DNA from: Tubiluchus corallicola
Lineage: Eukaryota; Animalia; Priapulida
Direction: 5' to 3'
DNA: 43,697 nucleotides
Assembly (NCBI GenBank): GCA_030141605.1
Contig: JAQGDQ010000270.1
Span: 231,793-275,489, forward strand
Position numbers and translations under genes: made by a program. How positions within the stretch are numbered: position 1 is the first letter of the stretch; the number at the start of each line of letters is the position of its first letter. A model generated the notes under the pieces. The model was not told the DNA's origin. It made no database searches and worked only from the letters and a program-made list of their open reading frames with translations. Shown in pieces: positions 28,631-42,681 of the stretch.

Positions 28631-31057
28631 ATGAAAAGAAAACTTATGAAAAAACTATCTGCACAGGCTATACAAACCGTATTTATATTCGTAATAATAT
28701 TAACCCCTTCATGTAAGAAGAAAGATTTAGATATAAAGTATACTGGGAACACCATAGATAGATTTAGTTTTGAGATAAGTGATGTGGAAACATACGATGC
28801 ACAAATAAGCAAGACTCCCAATGAGAATAATCAGTATCTTATAACTTTTACAGCTCCAGTGGGGACAGATATAAGTAATTTAACAGCTAAAGTATCTTTC
28901 TCAACAGGAGCGACAATAGACCCTAATCCCGAAAGTATAAGAGATTACACCAGCTCTATAGAATGTGTGGTAACTTCTGGAATTGGAGAGGAAAAAATAT
29001 ATTTGATAGTAGTAGATGTGTCTTTGTCAACAGATAAAGAAATACTAAGCTTTGCTTTTATGGTAAGTGATAATGATGAAGTGCTGAGTGTAGATATAGA
29101 AGGATATATAGTAGATAATACAGATATATTGGCAACCTTGCCAAGTGGCACGAGTAAAGCCTCACTTATACCAACTATTACCTTTAAAGGCAGTAGCGTC
29201 AGTCCTGCCAACAAAGTTGAACAAAATTTCACAGGCCCCATAACTTACACAGTAGAAGCAGAAGATGAAAGCACGAAAGATTATAATGTGACTGTGGATG
29301 TAGCATCTTCTACTGACAAAGAAATTACATTCTTTATTTTCAGGAAAGATGATAATAGTGAATTAAATAGAGGCGTTATAGGAAATGTATCTAATGAAGA
29401 TATGACAGTAAAGGCGGATGTCCCATATGGTGTAGACCTGAGTTCATTAGTACCTACAATTGGTTTTAGAGGAAGTGGCATTAGCCCCGCCAGTAAGTCA
29501 CCGAAGGACTTTACAGTACCTGTAATTTATACCGTAAGTGCAGGAGATCATAGCACAATACCTTATACAGCAACAGTAGTGTCCGAGCCTGTTCTTAAGG
29601 CAGTAAGTCACTATAAAGGAGAAAACCGTATAGGGGCAGGAGATTTTACAAAAGAGGACTTGTTTGAAATAAGTAACATAAAAGATGGAGAGTGGAATTA
29701 CCTTTTGACAATACCGTCCTCCTCCTCTTCTATGTCAAACCAAACTATCATAGTAGAAAATAATAGAGCATATGTGTCTGGTAACGTTTTAACAGTAGAT
29801 GATTGGAGATTAATTGCTGAAGGAGATTTTAACATTTCTTTGACTTTATCCAACACAGAAATAGCAGAAGCAGTGTTTAATTACACTATTCCTAAGGAGC
29901 AGTATGAAGTGAAAAGCTGGCAAGACTTACAAAGAATAGATTATGATTTAGGTGGAGAGTATACATTAAAAAATAATATAGAATTTCCAGAACCACTTGT
30001 TGATGACTTTCCTTCCAGTGGTTTCACTCCTTTAGGTGATATATATAATGCTTTTACGGGAATATTTGAAGGGGGCAATTATAAATTAAGTAATTTTTAT
30101 ATATACGGAGAAGGGGGAAAAGATGTTGGCCTCTTTGGAGCAATACTTGGTGCTCAAATAAAAAACTTAAAAATAGAAACTTCAGATGAAGGAGTAACCG
30201 GGCAGTCACATATTGCTTGTTTAGTTGCAAATAATTTGGTAGGAACTATAAGCAATTGTGGTGCAAAAGGGATGGTGATAGAAGCTGACGGAGAAGGAGG
30301 CTCTACGGGACTTGTTGGGGGTCTTGTCGGGTACAATAATGGAACTGTAACAGATAGTTATTTTGAAGGGACTGTAATAGGATATGACTATGCTGGAGGT
30401 CTTGTGGGGATGAATGTTGCAGGAAGCGTAAGTCATAGCCATTTTGCAGGGGACATGCAAGGAGTTGCCAGCAAGATTGGAGGATTGGCAGGAGTAAGTG
30501 ATTTTAACTCTAACATAACTAATAGCTATGCTATAGGAAGTATAGCAGGTGGAGGCTTGTATGTTGGAGGGTTAGTTGGAGATAATGAAAGTTCTAATAT
30601 AGAAAACAGTTACGCCGTAGTAAATGTAGATGGAAATGCGAGTAGTGTTGGAGGTTTAGTAGGGGTTAATAGAAAGAGTAGTTCAATAAGTAATAGTTAT
30701 GCTAAGGGAAATCTAATAGGTAATCAAATGGTTGGAGGAATTATAGGGTTAAATGATAGCACTGGAGAGATAACAAACTGCTATGCTGCAGGAAGAGTAG
30801 AAGGGTTAAGTTTTATAGATACGTTTTTAGGAGGGCTGGTAGGGAAAAATGACAATGGTGCAGTAACTGATTGCTATTGGGATAAAGAGACAACAGAACA
30901 ACTAACTTCTGACGGTTCAGATGATTCATATGGCAAGACCACAAATGAAATGCAAGAAGAGACAACCTTTACAGACTGGGATTTTTCTACCATTTGGGAC
31001 ATAAATGCTACAGTTAATGAAGGTTATCCATTTTTAAAGAATGTGGATGGGCAGTAA
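28631..31057 (+). CDS. Surface lipoprotein: three Ig-like (DUF5018-like) domains plus GLUG-motif beta-helix
   Basis: ATG at 28631 or 28646; lipobox LTPS-C then KKKD; YTVEAED/YTVSAGD repeats; many VGGLVG repeats; YWDKETTEQ..WDFSTIW..YPFL end. Confidence 0.88.
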   Translation: MKRKLMKKLSAQAIQTVFIFVIILTPSCKKKDLDIKYTGNTIDRFSFEISDVETYDAQISKTPNENNQYLITFTAPVGTDISNLTAKVSFSTGATIDPNPESIRDYTSSIECVVTSGIGEEKIYLIVVDVSLSTDKEILSFAFMVSDNDEVLSVDIEGYIVDNTDILATLPSGTSKASLIPTITFKGSSVSPANKVEQNFTGPITYTVEAEDESTKDYNVTVDVASSTDKEITFFIFRKDDNSELNRGVIGNVSNEDMTVKADVPYGVDLSSLVPTIGFRGSGISPASKSPKDFTVPVIYTVSAGDHSTIPYTATVVSEPVLKAVSHYKGENRIGAGDFTKEDLFEISNIKDGEWNYLLTIPSSSSSMSNQTIIVENNRAYVSGNVLTVDDWRLIAEGDFNISLTLSNTEIAEAVFNYTIPKEQYEVKSWQDLQRIDYDLGGEYTLKNNIEFPEPLVDDFPSSGFTPLGDIYNAFTGIFEGGNYKLSNFYIYGEGGKDVGLFGAILGAQIKNLKIETSDEGVTGQSHIACLVANNLVGTISNCGAKGMVIEADGEGGSTGLVGGLVGYNNGTVTDSYFEGTVIGYDYAGGLVGMNVAGSVSHSHFAGDMQGVASKIGGLAGVSDFNSNITNSYAIGSIAGGGLYVGGLVGDNESSNIENSYAVVNVDGNASSVGGLVGVNRKSSSISNSYAKGNLIGNQMVGGIIGLNDSTGEITNCYAAGRVEGLSFIDTFLGGLVGKNDNGAVTDCYWDKETTEQLTSDGSDDSYGKTTNEMQEETTFTDWDFSTIWDINATVNEGYPFLKNVDGQ

Positions 31058-31134
31058 TTAACAAGTATAACAGCTTTATAGTTTAAAAGTGGCTTAAAAC
31101 TGTTTCTTAAAAGGGAAGCTTTCAATAGTAGTGT

Positions 31135-31878
31135 TTAGGGGGAATTCACTTGCTTGCATCTTTGCCTTACTGCTTCATAGCATAGTACTGCGGCTGATGC
31201 AGAGACGTTTAGTGAGTTTATTTTACCAAGCATAGGGATTTTCACAAGTTCATCGCATTTTTTAATTAGGAGTGGTGAGACCCCTTTTTCTTCTGACCCC
31301 AATATTATTACTATCGGTGTGGAGTAGTCTATTTTTGTGTAATTTTTTTCTGCTTTTTCACTTGCTACTATCACTTTTACTCCACTCTCCTTCAGGAACT
31401 TTGTTGTTTGTTTCAGGTCCCGTTCTCGGCACACCGGTATTTTCATTAAGGCTCCTGCTGAGGTTTTTACTGCATCAGCTCCTACTAAAGCCCCACCTTG
31501 TGCAGGTACGATGATGGCATTTACTCCTGCGCATTCTGCTGTGCGTGCAATAGCTCCAAAGTTACGCACATCTGTAATTCCATCCAGTAGTAGAATGAAA
31601 GGCGTTTCGCCTTCTTCATACAGTTTGGGTAGCAGATTTTCAATTTTTATGTATTCAACGGGAGATATAAATGCTACAACTCCTTGGTGAGCTTTGCGCG
31701 TTATTCTGTTTAGTCTTTCTACCGGCACATATTGAACAGGGCAGTTGTATTCTTTTAGCATGGATAACAGTTTTTTTATTGGCTCACTTTGCAAGCCTTT
31801 TTTTATCAGTACCCTGTTTAGCTCCTTGCCCGAATGTATTGCTTCTATTACAGCATGTATCCCAAATATGAAGTTCAC
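31135..31878 (-). CDS. rlmB: 23S rRNA (guanosine-2251-2'-O)-methyltransferase
   Basis: HQGVVA, LDGITDVRNFGAIART, GSEEKG, IPMLGKINSLNVS; GTG start at 31878 chosen because a TATCTTTG box lies at 31910-31917. Confidence 0.95.
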   Translation of the reverse strand: MNFIFGIHAVIEAIHSGKELNRVLIKKGLQSEPIKKLLSMLKEYNCPVQYVPVERLNRITRKAHQGVVAFISPVEYIKIENLLPKLYEEGETPFILLLDGITDVRNFGAIARTAECAGVNAIIVPAQGGALVGADAVKTSAGALMKIPVCRERDLKQTTKFLKESGVKVIVASEKAEKNYTKIDYSTPIVIILGSEEKGVSPLLIKKCDELVKIPMLGKINSLNVSASAAVLCYEAVRQRCKQVNSP

Positions 31879-32156
31879 TGCTTTTAATTTTTGTTTAAGT
31901 AATTTTTTACAAAGATACACAAATGATTGCGGAGTGGTAGGTGGTGTATTTTAATTTGCTTATCTTCCCGGGCAGGAGGTTTGGGTTCATTAGAGGCGGG
32001 ATTTAGAGAGCAGTGCCCATACAGTTTATCTACAGGGTACCTGCTATTATTATAGTGTTCCGCATAACAAGCTTGTCGATTGGTTTTAAGTGAGCATTGC
32101 GTTGCTAATATTTTTATTAATTGGGTATTTGTCCCCATGTTTTATTTAAAAGAAAA

Positions 32157-32918
32157 ATGAAAGGAGTCATGAGAAGTGTTAAGTACCTTATACTGGGCTT
32201 ATTTTTTTGTTGTTTTACTTTATTTATTTCCTGTAGTGTTTCTAATTATGTCTCATCTTCCGGCGAGACTTTAAGTATTGATGGGAGTGGAGAGATGAGT
32301 GTTGTTCCTGAGGTAGTCATATTTTCTATTATGTTGTCGGCTTTGGACATGGATTATGTGTCAAGCGTAAGCAAGCTGGAAGAGAAGAGTAAGGGGTTGT
32401 ACGACGCCTTGGCAAAGATAGATGTTGAGGAGGAAAGTGTTAAGACTTCCAGCTTGAATATTCATAAGAAATACAAATATGATAGCAAGTTAAGGAAAAA
32501 TGTATTTGCAGGGTTTGAAGTAAACCATAGTGTTTATGTCAAATTGCCCCTTACAGGAAATATTATTAATGAGGTGTTGGGAGCTATCAGTAAAAACTTA
32601 GTAGAGGCGACTTTCAGCATCTCTTTTGATGTAGGAGATGATAGTAAGGCGGAGATAAAGAGGCGTTTGATAGAAATGGCAATAGAGGATGCCAGAGAGA
32701 AGGCTGCCCTGATAGCTAATAGTGCGGGGGTAGAGCTTAAAAGAGTACATAAGATATCTTATAATCGGCATTCAAAGCCTGCGCCTATGCGATCTAATTT
32801 TCATGTACAAAATGATACTGGTTCCGCACCACATGATTCTTTTGTGTCTTCTCTTGCCTATACCCCCACGCAGTTGATTTTTAAGGAGGAGGTTTTTGTT
32901 TCTTGGGAAATAGAGTAG
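32157..32918 (+). CDS. SIMPL (DUF541) domain protein, probable lipoprotein
   Basis: LSIDGSGEMSVVPE, AIEDAREKAALIANSAGVEL; FISC lipobox; start at 32157 or 32169. Confidence 0.85.
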   Translation: MKGVMRSVKYLILGLFFCCFTLFISCSVSNYVSSSGETLSIDGSGEMSVVPEVVIFSIMLSALDMDYVSSVSKLEEKSKGLYDALAKIDVEEESVKTSSLNIHKKYKYDSKLRKNVFAGFEVNHSVYVKLPLTGNIINEVLGAISKNLVEATFSISFDVGDDSKAEIKRRLIEMAIEDAREKAALIANSAGVELKRVHKISYNRHSKPAPMRSNFHVQNDTGSAPHDSFVSSLAYTPTQLIFKEEVFVSWEIE

Positions 32919-33004
32919 TTGTGCTTTAAGGTTTTGTTGTTTAAGTTTTGTAAAGGCCTCATTTTGGCAATGTAGGCTACAGAGCATTAAGCCCGAGGAA
33001 TTGT

Positions 33005-33012
33005 TATATTTG
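33005..33012 (+). promoter_or_regulatory. -7 promoter box of the GH2 gene
   Basis: TATATTTG. Confidence 0.5.
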
Positions 33013-33081
33013 TTTGCAGGCTTATGAGAGTGCTACTATTCTGTTTTTTTGATTGAGTATTAGCTAGCCAATTTAAAGTAA

Positions 33082-36327
<3,246 letters not shown>

Positions 36328-36523
36328 GTGAGTATGGGTAGAGGTAGTTTTTAATTGAGTAGTTTTAAGGGTTCCTGTAATTCTTTATGTTTTGCTTGTA
36401 AAGTTCTGGTGGTGAGTGTTGTCGGATAAGAGCTTAAGAGCTTGTTGCAAGCGGGTATAGCGAACGCTTTATTTTTTGATAAGTGAGTTCTGTAGGCCGG
36501 TTTGTTTTACATTTTTTCTGTTC

Positions 36524-37966
36524 ATGAAGAGAAAGTTTAGTTTATCGGAGTTAAATAGTTTGGTAAAGGGAGTTGTAAGTGATGCATTTCCTGATGTTGT
36601 CTGGGTGGTAGCAGAGATATCCGAGATAAAGGTAAATCATAGTGGGCATTGCTATTTAGATCTTGTGGAGAAGAGAGATAAGGATGATTCTGTAGTGGCA
36701 CAAGCGCGTGCGACTATATGGTCGTATACTTTTAAGGTGCTTGCTGCCTATTTTAAGTCTACAACAGGGCAGCCCCTTTCGGAGGGCTTAAAGATTTTGG
36801 TACAGGCTTCTGTAGAGTTTCATGAGCTTTATGGGTATAGCCTTAATATCAGAGATATTGATTCTACCTACACCGTAGGGGATATAGCTAGGAGGCGCAT
36901 TGAAATACTTGAGAGGCTTGATTCGGATGGAGTTTTAAATATGAACAGTGAGCTTGAGTTACCCCTTGTTCCTCAGAAGATAGCTGTAATTTCATCTTCT
37001 ACTGCTGCCGGTTATCAGGACTTTATGGATCAGTTGCTGGGTAATCAGTACGGACTGTGCTTTTATACGCATTTGTTTCCTGCCGTTATGCAAGGGAAGC
37101 AGGCTGAAGAGTCAATTATAGGTGCTTTGGAGCATGTTTACCAGTATGAAGGTTTTTTTGATCTGGTGGTTCTTATAAGGGGGGGCGGCGCGCAGTCTGA
37201 TCTTAGTTGTTTTGATAGTTATGAACTGGCATACCATATTACACAGTTTCCACTACCGGTTATTACAGGTATTGGTCATGAGAAGGATGATACGATAGCA
37301 GACAGGGTGTCTCATACCAAGATGAAGACCCCGACTGCGGCGGCAGAGTTTATTATTGGTAGTGTTGCGAAGTTTGAGGCTCATCTTGACGAACTCCAGA
37401 GGCAGATCGTATATGGTGTCAATGTTATGATATCTGATTTCAGGCAGGCTATAGGTAAGATAAAAGGGGCTATGGGCCAGGGGGTCCAGAGTAGTGTTTA
37501 TGTGTGGCGTGAAGCATTAAGTAGGCATGTGTTGAGGCTAAATAATTTGACAGATAGGGTGTTAATGGAGAGAGGGAGTAATATTGAGCGCAGCAGAGAT
37601 AGGGCAGTCAGTTTGTTTTTTCAGTATGCTAAAGATAGAAGGCGCCTGCTTGGGCAATATTCTGAGATGCTGTTAAAGAAGCCACGGAAAAGTATTGAAG
37701 GAAATAGGGAATGTATTGACAGTTGCAGGGTAAGGTTGGGTCAGGTGGTAAATGGGTTGATAAGGCAAGAGAGGCATAGGTTGCAGTTGTCGGAGCAAAA
37801 GAGTGATCTTCTTGATCCTATCCATGTTTTAAGTCGGGGATATTCTATTACCCGTCACAGTGGGAAGGTGTTAAAAAGCAGTGAAGAGGCAATGGAGGGA
37901 GACGTTGTAGAGACCCGTCTGTACCAGGGAGTTTTAAGGAGTAAAGTTAGTGATATTGAAAAGTGA
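36524..37966 (+). CDS. xseA: Exodeoxyribonuclease VII large subunit
   Basis: SLSELN, SGHCYLDL, IRGGG, TGIGHEKD, KTPTAAAE, LSRGYSI. Confidence 0.96.
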   Translation: MKRKFSLSELNSLVKGVVSDAFPDVVWVVAEISEIKVNHSGHCYLDLVEKRDKDDSVVAQARATIWSYTFKVLAAYFKSTTGQPLSEGLKILVQASVEFHELYGYSLNIRDIDSTYTVGDIARRRIEILERLDSDGVLNMNSELELPLVPQKIAVISSSTAAGYQDFMDQLLGNQYGLCFYTHLFPAVMQGKQAEESIIGALEHVYQYEGFFDLVVLIRGGGAQSDLSCFDSYELAYHITQFPLPVITGIGHEKDDTIADRVSHTKMKTPTAAAEFIIGSVAKFEAHLDELQRQIVYGVNVMISDFRQAIGKIKGAMGQGVQSSVYVWREALSRHVLRLNNLTDRVLMERGSNIERSRDRAVSLFFQYAKDRRRLLGQYSEMLLKKPRKSIEGNRECIDSCRVRLGQVVNGLIRQERHRLQLSEQKSDLLDPIHVLSRGYSITRHSGKVLKSSEEAMEGDVVETRLYQGVLRSKVSDIEK

Positions 37967-37972
37967 TATTTT

Positions 37973-38170
37973 ATGACAAAGAAGCATATTTCTTATAAAG
38001 AAGCGGTGGCTGAGGTAGAGGCAATTTTAGAGCTTATAGAGGATGGAGAGCTTGATGTTGATGAGCTTTCGGATAAGGTTAAAAGGGTTTCGTTTCTTAT
38101 TAAGGTTTGTAAAGACAGATTGCATAAGACAGAGGAAGAGGTGGAGAAGATACTGAATGACATTGAGTGA
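37973..38170 (+). CDS. xseB: Exodeoxyribonuclease VII small subunit
   Basis: SYKEAVAEVEAIL..ELDVDEL..LIKVCKDRL, directly after xseA. Confidence 0.95.
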   Translation: MTKKHISYKEAVAEVEAILELIEDGELDVDELSDKVKRVSFLIKVCKDRLHKTEEEVEKILNDIE

Positions 38171-38577
38171 TGTGGGGGCGTGGTGCGACTTTTAAAGGTT
38201 TTATTTGAGATAGCGGTTTTAGAGTTATTGTCTCCGGGTGGTTTGGTGTAAAAGATAAAGCCGATGCGAGTACGGAAGATGCTTTTTAAGTGTGCAGTTT
38301 ACAGCCTAGGGGTGTGTAATATGTGTCACAGGGTCTAATGTAATTATTTGAGGAAGTCTGAGTTAAAGTTTTCGTCTTGCAAAGGGTTTTAAATAATCAA
38401 GAGCAGGGTAGAGGCGTTGATTAGATTTATTGTTTATTTTTATGGGCTTGATTTTGTATTTGCTTCAGTTCCGGTATTATGATTATTGTTATGTTGATAC
38501 CAGAAAGGTTCAAATGGAAATAGGTGTTTTATCGTTTAAAATAGTTTGCAAGGTGTAGGTACAGTTTGTTAATTTTT

Positions 38578-38585
38578 TATATTTG
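38578..38585 (+). promoter_or_regulatory. -7 promoter box of the etf operon
   Basis: TATATTTG 40 bp upstream of the ATG. Confidence 0.6.
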
Positions 38586-38625
38586 CTAGCCAAATCACTA
38601 AATTGATATTTTTATTAAGATCATT

Positions 38626-39501
38626 ATGGAGGGATTAAGAGTAATAGTATTAGCTAAGCAGGTTCCGGATACCAGGAATGTGGGCAAGGATGCAATGAAG
38701 GCAGACGGGACTGTAAATAGAGCTGCATTACCTGCGATTTTCAATCCTGAAGATTTAAATGCGTTAGAGCAGGCATTAAGGATTAAAGAGAGGGTTCCCG
38801 GCTCAACAGTCACAGTGTTAACCATGGGCCCTGGGCGGGCAGCTGAGATAATCCGGGAGGGCTTGTATCGTGGAGCTGATTACGGTCTATTGCTGACAGA
38901 CCGTGCTTTTGCCGGCTCAGACACATTGGCAACTTCTTATGCTATTGCCCGTGCTATAGCTGAGCTTGATGCTGTTGATGTTATTGTAGCTGGGAGGCAG
39001 GCTATTGATGGCGATACTGCACAGGTAGGGCCTCAGGTTGCTGAGAAACTTGGTATGCCACAGGTTACATATGTGGAAGAGTTGCTAGAGATAAGTAAGG
39101 AGGTGGTGGTTGCTCGTCGCCGTCTGGAAAATGGAGTAGAGGTTGTAAAGAGTCCGTTACCGGTTGTTTTAACAGTAAATGGGAGTGCCCCTCCGTGTCG
39201 TGCACGAAATGCCAGGCTTTTAATGAAGTATAAGCATGCACGTACGGTTAGTGAATGCCAGGAGGCGAGAGAGGACTATCTTCACCTATATGATTCACGT
39301 CCATACCTGAATATTCGCGAAATGACAGTTAACGATATAAAAGCGGATAGTGAGCAACTTGGGCTTGGGGGATCACCAACAAAGGTTAAGAAGGTTGAGA
39401 ATATAGTGTTGCAGGCTAAAGATGCAAGAATTTTAGGTTCGTCAGATAAAGACATTAATGAGCTTATGGAAGAGTTAATTGAGAGCCATGTTATTGGATA
39501 G
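38626..39501 (+). CDS. etfB: Electron transfer flavoprotein beta subunit
   Basis: KQVPDT, NPEDLNALE, FAGSDTLAT, GRQAIDGDTAQVGP, GSPTKV. Confidence 0.96.
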   Translation: MEGLRVIVLAKQVPDTRNVGKDAMKADGTVNRAALPAIFNPEDLNALEQALRIKERVPGSTVTVLTMGPGRAAEIIREGLYRGADYGLLLTDRAFAGSDTLATSYAIARAIAELDAVDVIVAGRQAIDGDTAQVGPQVAEKLGMPQVTYVEELLEISKEVVVARRRLENGVEVVKSPLPVVLTVNGSAPPCRARNARLLMKYKHARTVSECQEAREDYLHLYDSRPYLNIREMTVNDIKADSEQLGLGGSPTKVKKVENIVLQAKDARILGSSDKDINELMEELIESHVIG

Positions 39502-39696
39502 CTGCCATTTGATTCTTTTATAATAGACTGGATGGAGCAGAGCGGGGTTTTATTTTAAGGGTAATATATAACAAAGCTTTGTAAGTTAGCGTATCAGGTT
39601 CTGTTTTTTTTACCGGAGAGATGGTAGGAGTAGTTTAGAGGATAGAGGCTTGTCCAGCTTATTTAAGTTTTATAGTAAAATAAAATTATACAACGT

Positions 39697-40716
39697 ATGA
39701 ATAACGTGTTCGTTTATTGCGAAGTTGAGGGGGGGAATGTTGCTGAGGTAAGCCAAGAGCTTCTTACAAAGGGGCGTGGTTTGGCAAACCAGCTACAGTG
39801 TCAGCTTGAAGCGGTAGTTGTGGGTTCAGGCCTTAATGGAGTGGAGTCACAGATATTCCCTTATGGGGCGGATATTGTTCACATTGCTGATGATCCGCGC
39901 CTTGAGCCGTACACTACTTTACCCCACTCTTCAGTGCTGATAAGGTTGTTTGGTGAGACAAAGCCCCAAATAGTGTTAATGGGTGCTACTCCCATTGGTC
40001 GTGATTTAGGGCCGCGTGTCTCTTCTGCTATGCATAGTGGCTTAACGGCAGATTGTACGCGTCTTGAAATAGGGGATCATGTTGATAAGAAGCAAGGGAA
40101 GACGTACAAGAGTCTTCTTTATCAGATACGTCCTGCATTTGGGGGGAGTATTATTGCAACTATTATCAACCCAGATTGTCGTCCTCAGATGGCGACAGTA
40201 AGGGAAGGGGTTATGAAAAAGGAGGCTTTCAATCCGAGAGCTAAAGGTGATGTAAAGAGACTTGATGTTTCAAAGTATGTAAGTGACGAGGACTTTGTTG
40301 TTGAAATAGTTAAGCGCCACGTAGAGAAGAAGAAAATAAATATTAAGGGTGCCCCGATTATTGTTGCGGGTGGATATGGCATCGGTTCGAAGGAAAATTT
40401 TAAGCTTCTTCATGATTTTGCAGGAGTTATTGGTGCTGAGGTAGGGGCATCCCGGGCAGCAGTTGATTCAGGTTATGCTGAGCATGATCGTCAGATAGGG
40501 CAGACCGGCGTTACTGTGAGGCCCAAGTTGTATATTGCGTGTGGGATATCTGGTCAGGTGCAGCATAGAGCAGGTATGGAGGAGTCAGCACAGATTATTT
40601 CTATAAATACCGATCCTGAGGCTCCTATGAATAGTGTTGCCGATTATGTAATAAATGGGGATGTGAGTGATGTTATTCCTAAAATGATCAGACATTACAA
40701 GAAAAATACTAAGTGA
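39697..40716 (+). CDS. etfA: Electron transfer flavoprotein alpha subunit
   Basis: GLTADCT, RPAFGG, GASRAAVD, QIGQTG, GISGQVQH. Confidence 0.96.
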   Translation: MNNVFVYCEVEGGNVAEVSQELLTKGRGLANQLQCQLEAVVVGSGLNGVESQIFPYGADIVHIADDPRLEPYTTLPHSSVLIRLFGETKPQIVLMGATPIGRDLGPRVSSAMHSGLTADCTRLEIGDHVDKKQGKTYKSLLYQIRPAFGGSIIATIINPDCRPQMATVREGVMKKEAFNPRAKGDVKRLDVSKYVSDEDFVVEIVKRHVEKKKINIKGAPIIVAGGYGIGSKENFKLLHDFAGVIGAEVGASRAAVDSGYAEHDRQIGQTGVTVRPKLYIACGISGQVQHRAGMEESAQIISINTDPEAPMNSVADYVINGDVSDVIPKMIRHYKKNTK

Positions 40717-40763
40717 GTTATAGTCTTAAGTCAGGGCTTTACCGTTGAAAATATTTAAGTGAA

Positions 40764-42470
40764 ATGGCAAATTATTATACAGATAACAAAAGTTTAAAGT
40801 TTCATTTGTCACACCCTATGATGCAGAAGCTTATAGCGTTGAAAGAGCAGGGGTTTGAGGACAAGGATAAGTTTGATTATGCTCCTGTGGATGTAGAGGA
40901 TATGATGGATAGTTATGAGCAGGTTCTTGAGATAGTGGGTGAGATAAGTGGAAGTATTATTGCTCCTAATGCAGAGGGAATTGATGCAGAGGGGCCGGAG
41001 GTGATCAAGGGGCGTGTGAAGTACGCTGCCGGGACACAGGAGAATATAGATGCATTGGTGAGTGCGGGATTGATGGGGATTACCCTTCCTCGCAAGTATG
41101 GCGGTCTAAATTTTTCGCTTATTCCTTATGTTATGAGTGCGGATATTGTCTCTCGGGCTGATGCCGGATTTGTTAATATATGGGGGTTACAGGATTGTGC
41201 AGAGACACTTAATGAGTTTGCATCTGATGACCAGAAGGAGCGTTTTCTGCCACGTGTTTCGGCTGGTGAAACCATGGCAATGGATCTTACGGAGCCTGAT
41301 GCCGGCTCAGACTTGCAGGCTGTACAGCTGAAAGCTACTTATGATGAGGACAGGGGTAAGTGGTTATTGAACGGAGTTAAGCGTTTTATAACTAATGGCG
41401 ATGGGGATATATCCCTCGTGCTTGCCCGCTCAGAAGAGGGTACTAGAGACGGGCGCGGACTCTCTATGTATGTTTATGATAAGCGGGATGGCGGTGTAAC
41501 TGTTCGCCGTATTGAGCATAAGATGGGAATTATAGGTTCACCTACCTGTGAGCTTGTTTTCAAAGATGCTCCTGCTGAGCTGGTCGGTTCCCGCAAGATG
41601 GGGTTGATTAAGTATGTCATGGCGTTGATGAATGGTGCGCGTTTAGGAATAGCAGCACAGTCTGTGGGGCTATCTGAGGCGGCATATCAGGAGGCGCTGA
41701 AGTATGCAAAAGAGCGCAATCAGTTTGGAAAAGCAATTATTAAGTTTCCTGCGGTCTATGAGATGTTATCTGTAATGAAAGCAAAGCTTGATGCATCGAG
41801 AAGTTTGTTGTATGAAACAGCACGGTTTGTAGATATATATAAGACATATCAGCACATTTCTGGAGCGCGCACTCTTGAGAGGGAGGAGCGTCAGGAGATG
41901 AAGAAGTATCAGAGGCTTGCTGATATTTATACTCCATTGGTAAAGGGGATATCTTCTGAGTATTGTAATGAGAATGCATATGATGCGGTGCAGATTCATG
42001 GTGGTTCAGGTTTTATGAAAGACTATCCCGTAGAACGTATTTATCGCGATGCACGCATCACCTCAATTTATGAGGGTACTACCCAGTTACAGGTTGTGGC
42101 CGCTATTCGTGGTGTAACTACTGGCGGCTACCTTAATCAGATAAGGGAGTATGAGAAGGAGCCTTTGTCGGCGGAACTGGAGGGTTTGAGGAAGACACTT
42201 ATGGCTATGACAAAGGATTATGAAGAGGTGGCAAATAAAGTGGTAGAGAGTGAAGATAGCGAGTTTATCGATTTTCATGCGCGAAGGTTGGTAGAGATGG
42301 CTGGCTATATTATTATGGGCTACTTGCTTACGCTGGATTCTAATCGTGATATGGACAATTTACGCTCGGCAAGTGTGTATGTGAAGATGGGCAGGAGTGA
42401 AGTGAAGTCCAGAGCAGAGTTTATCAGGAATTCCGTACTCGAAGAGGTTGGGCATTTCTATAAGTACTGA
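40764..42470 (+). CDS. Acyl-CoA dehydrogenase (Etf-associated)
   Basis: LTEPDAGSD, LNGVKRFIT, ERNQFGK, QIHGGSGF, IYEGTTQLQ. Confidence 0.95.
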   Translation: MANYYTDNKSLKFHLSHPMMQKLIALKEQGFEDKDKFDYAPVDVEDMMDSYEQVLEIVGEISGSIIAPNAEGIDAEGPEVIKGRVKYAAGTQENIDALVSAGLMGITLPRKYGGLNFSLIPYVMSADIVSRADAGFVNIWGLQDCAETLNEFASDDQKERFLPRVSAGETMAMDLTEPDAGSDLQAVQLKATYDEDRGKWLLNGVKRFITNGDGDISLVLARSEEGTRDGRGLSMYVYDKRDGGVTVRRIEHKMGIIGSPTCELVFKDAPAELVGSRKMGLIKYVMALMNGARLGIAAQSVGLSEAAYQEALKYAKERNQFGKAIIKFPAVYEMLSVMKAKLDASRSLLYETARFVDIYKTYQHISGARTLEREERQEMKKYQRLADIYTPLVKGISSEYCNENAYDAVQIHGGSGFMKDYPVERIYRDARITSIYEGTTQLQVVAAIRGVTTGGYLNQIREYEKEPLSAELEGLRKTLMAMTKDYEEVANKVVESEDSEFIDFHARRLVEMAGYIIMGYLLTLDSNRDMDNLRSASVYVKMGRSEVKSRAEFIRNSVLEEVGHFYKY

Positions 42471-42681
42471 TGACAAAGAGTAGTAGTTTTGGGAAGTGTA
42501 TACATGGTGTGAAACTCTAATAGAACGCTTTTTTATTCGGGTTTAACCGGGAAAGGGTAGAGGGTATGCAATTATGCATGCGTCTTCTTTAGTGTGTAGG
42601 TTTAGAAACATTTAGGTTTTTACACCTTAGTTGGCAGTCATGCTGAAAAAACAAGACCTATAACTAAAAAAACACATAAAT

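Noticed and set aside
38626-42470. Etf plus acyl-CoA dehydrogenase as a novel system
   Set aside because: A known arrangement in anaerobes, likely electron-bifurcating; nothing unusual seen.
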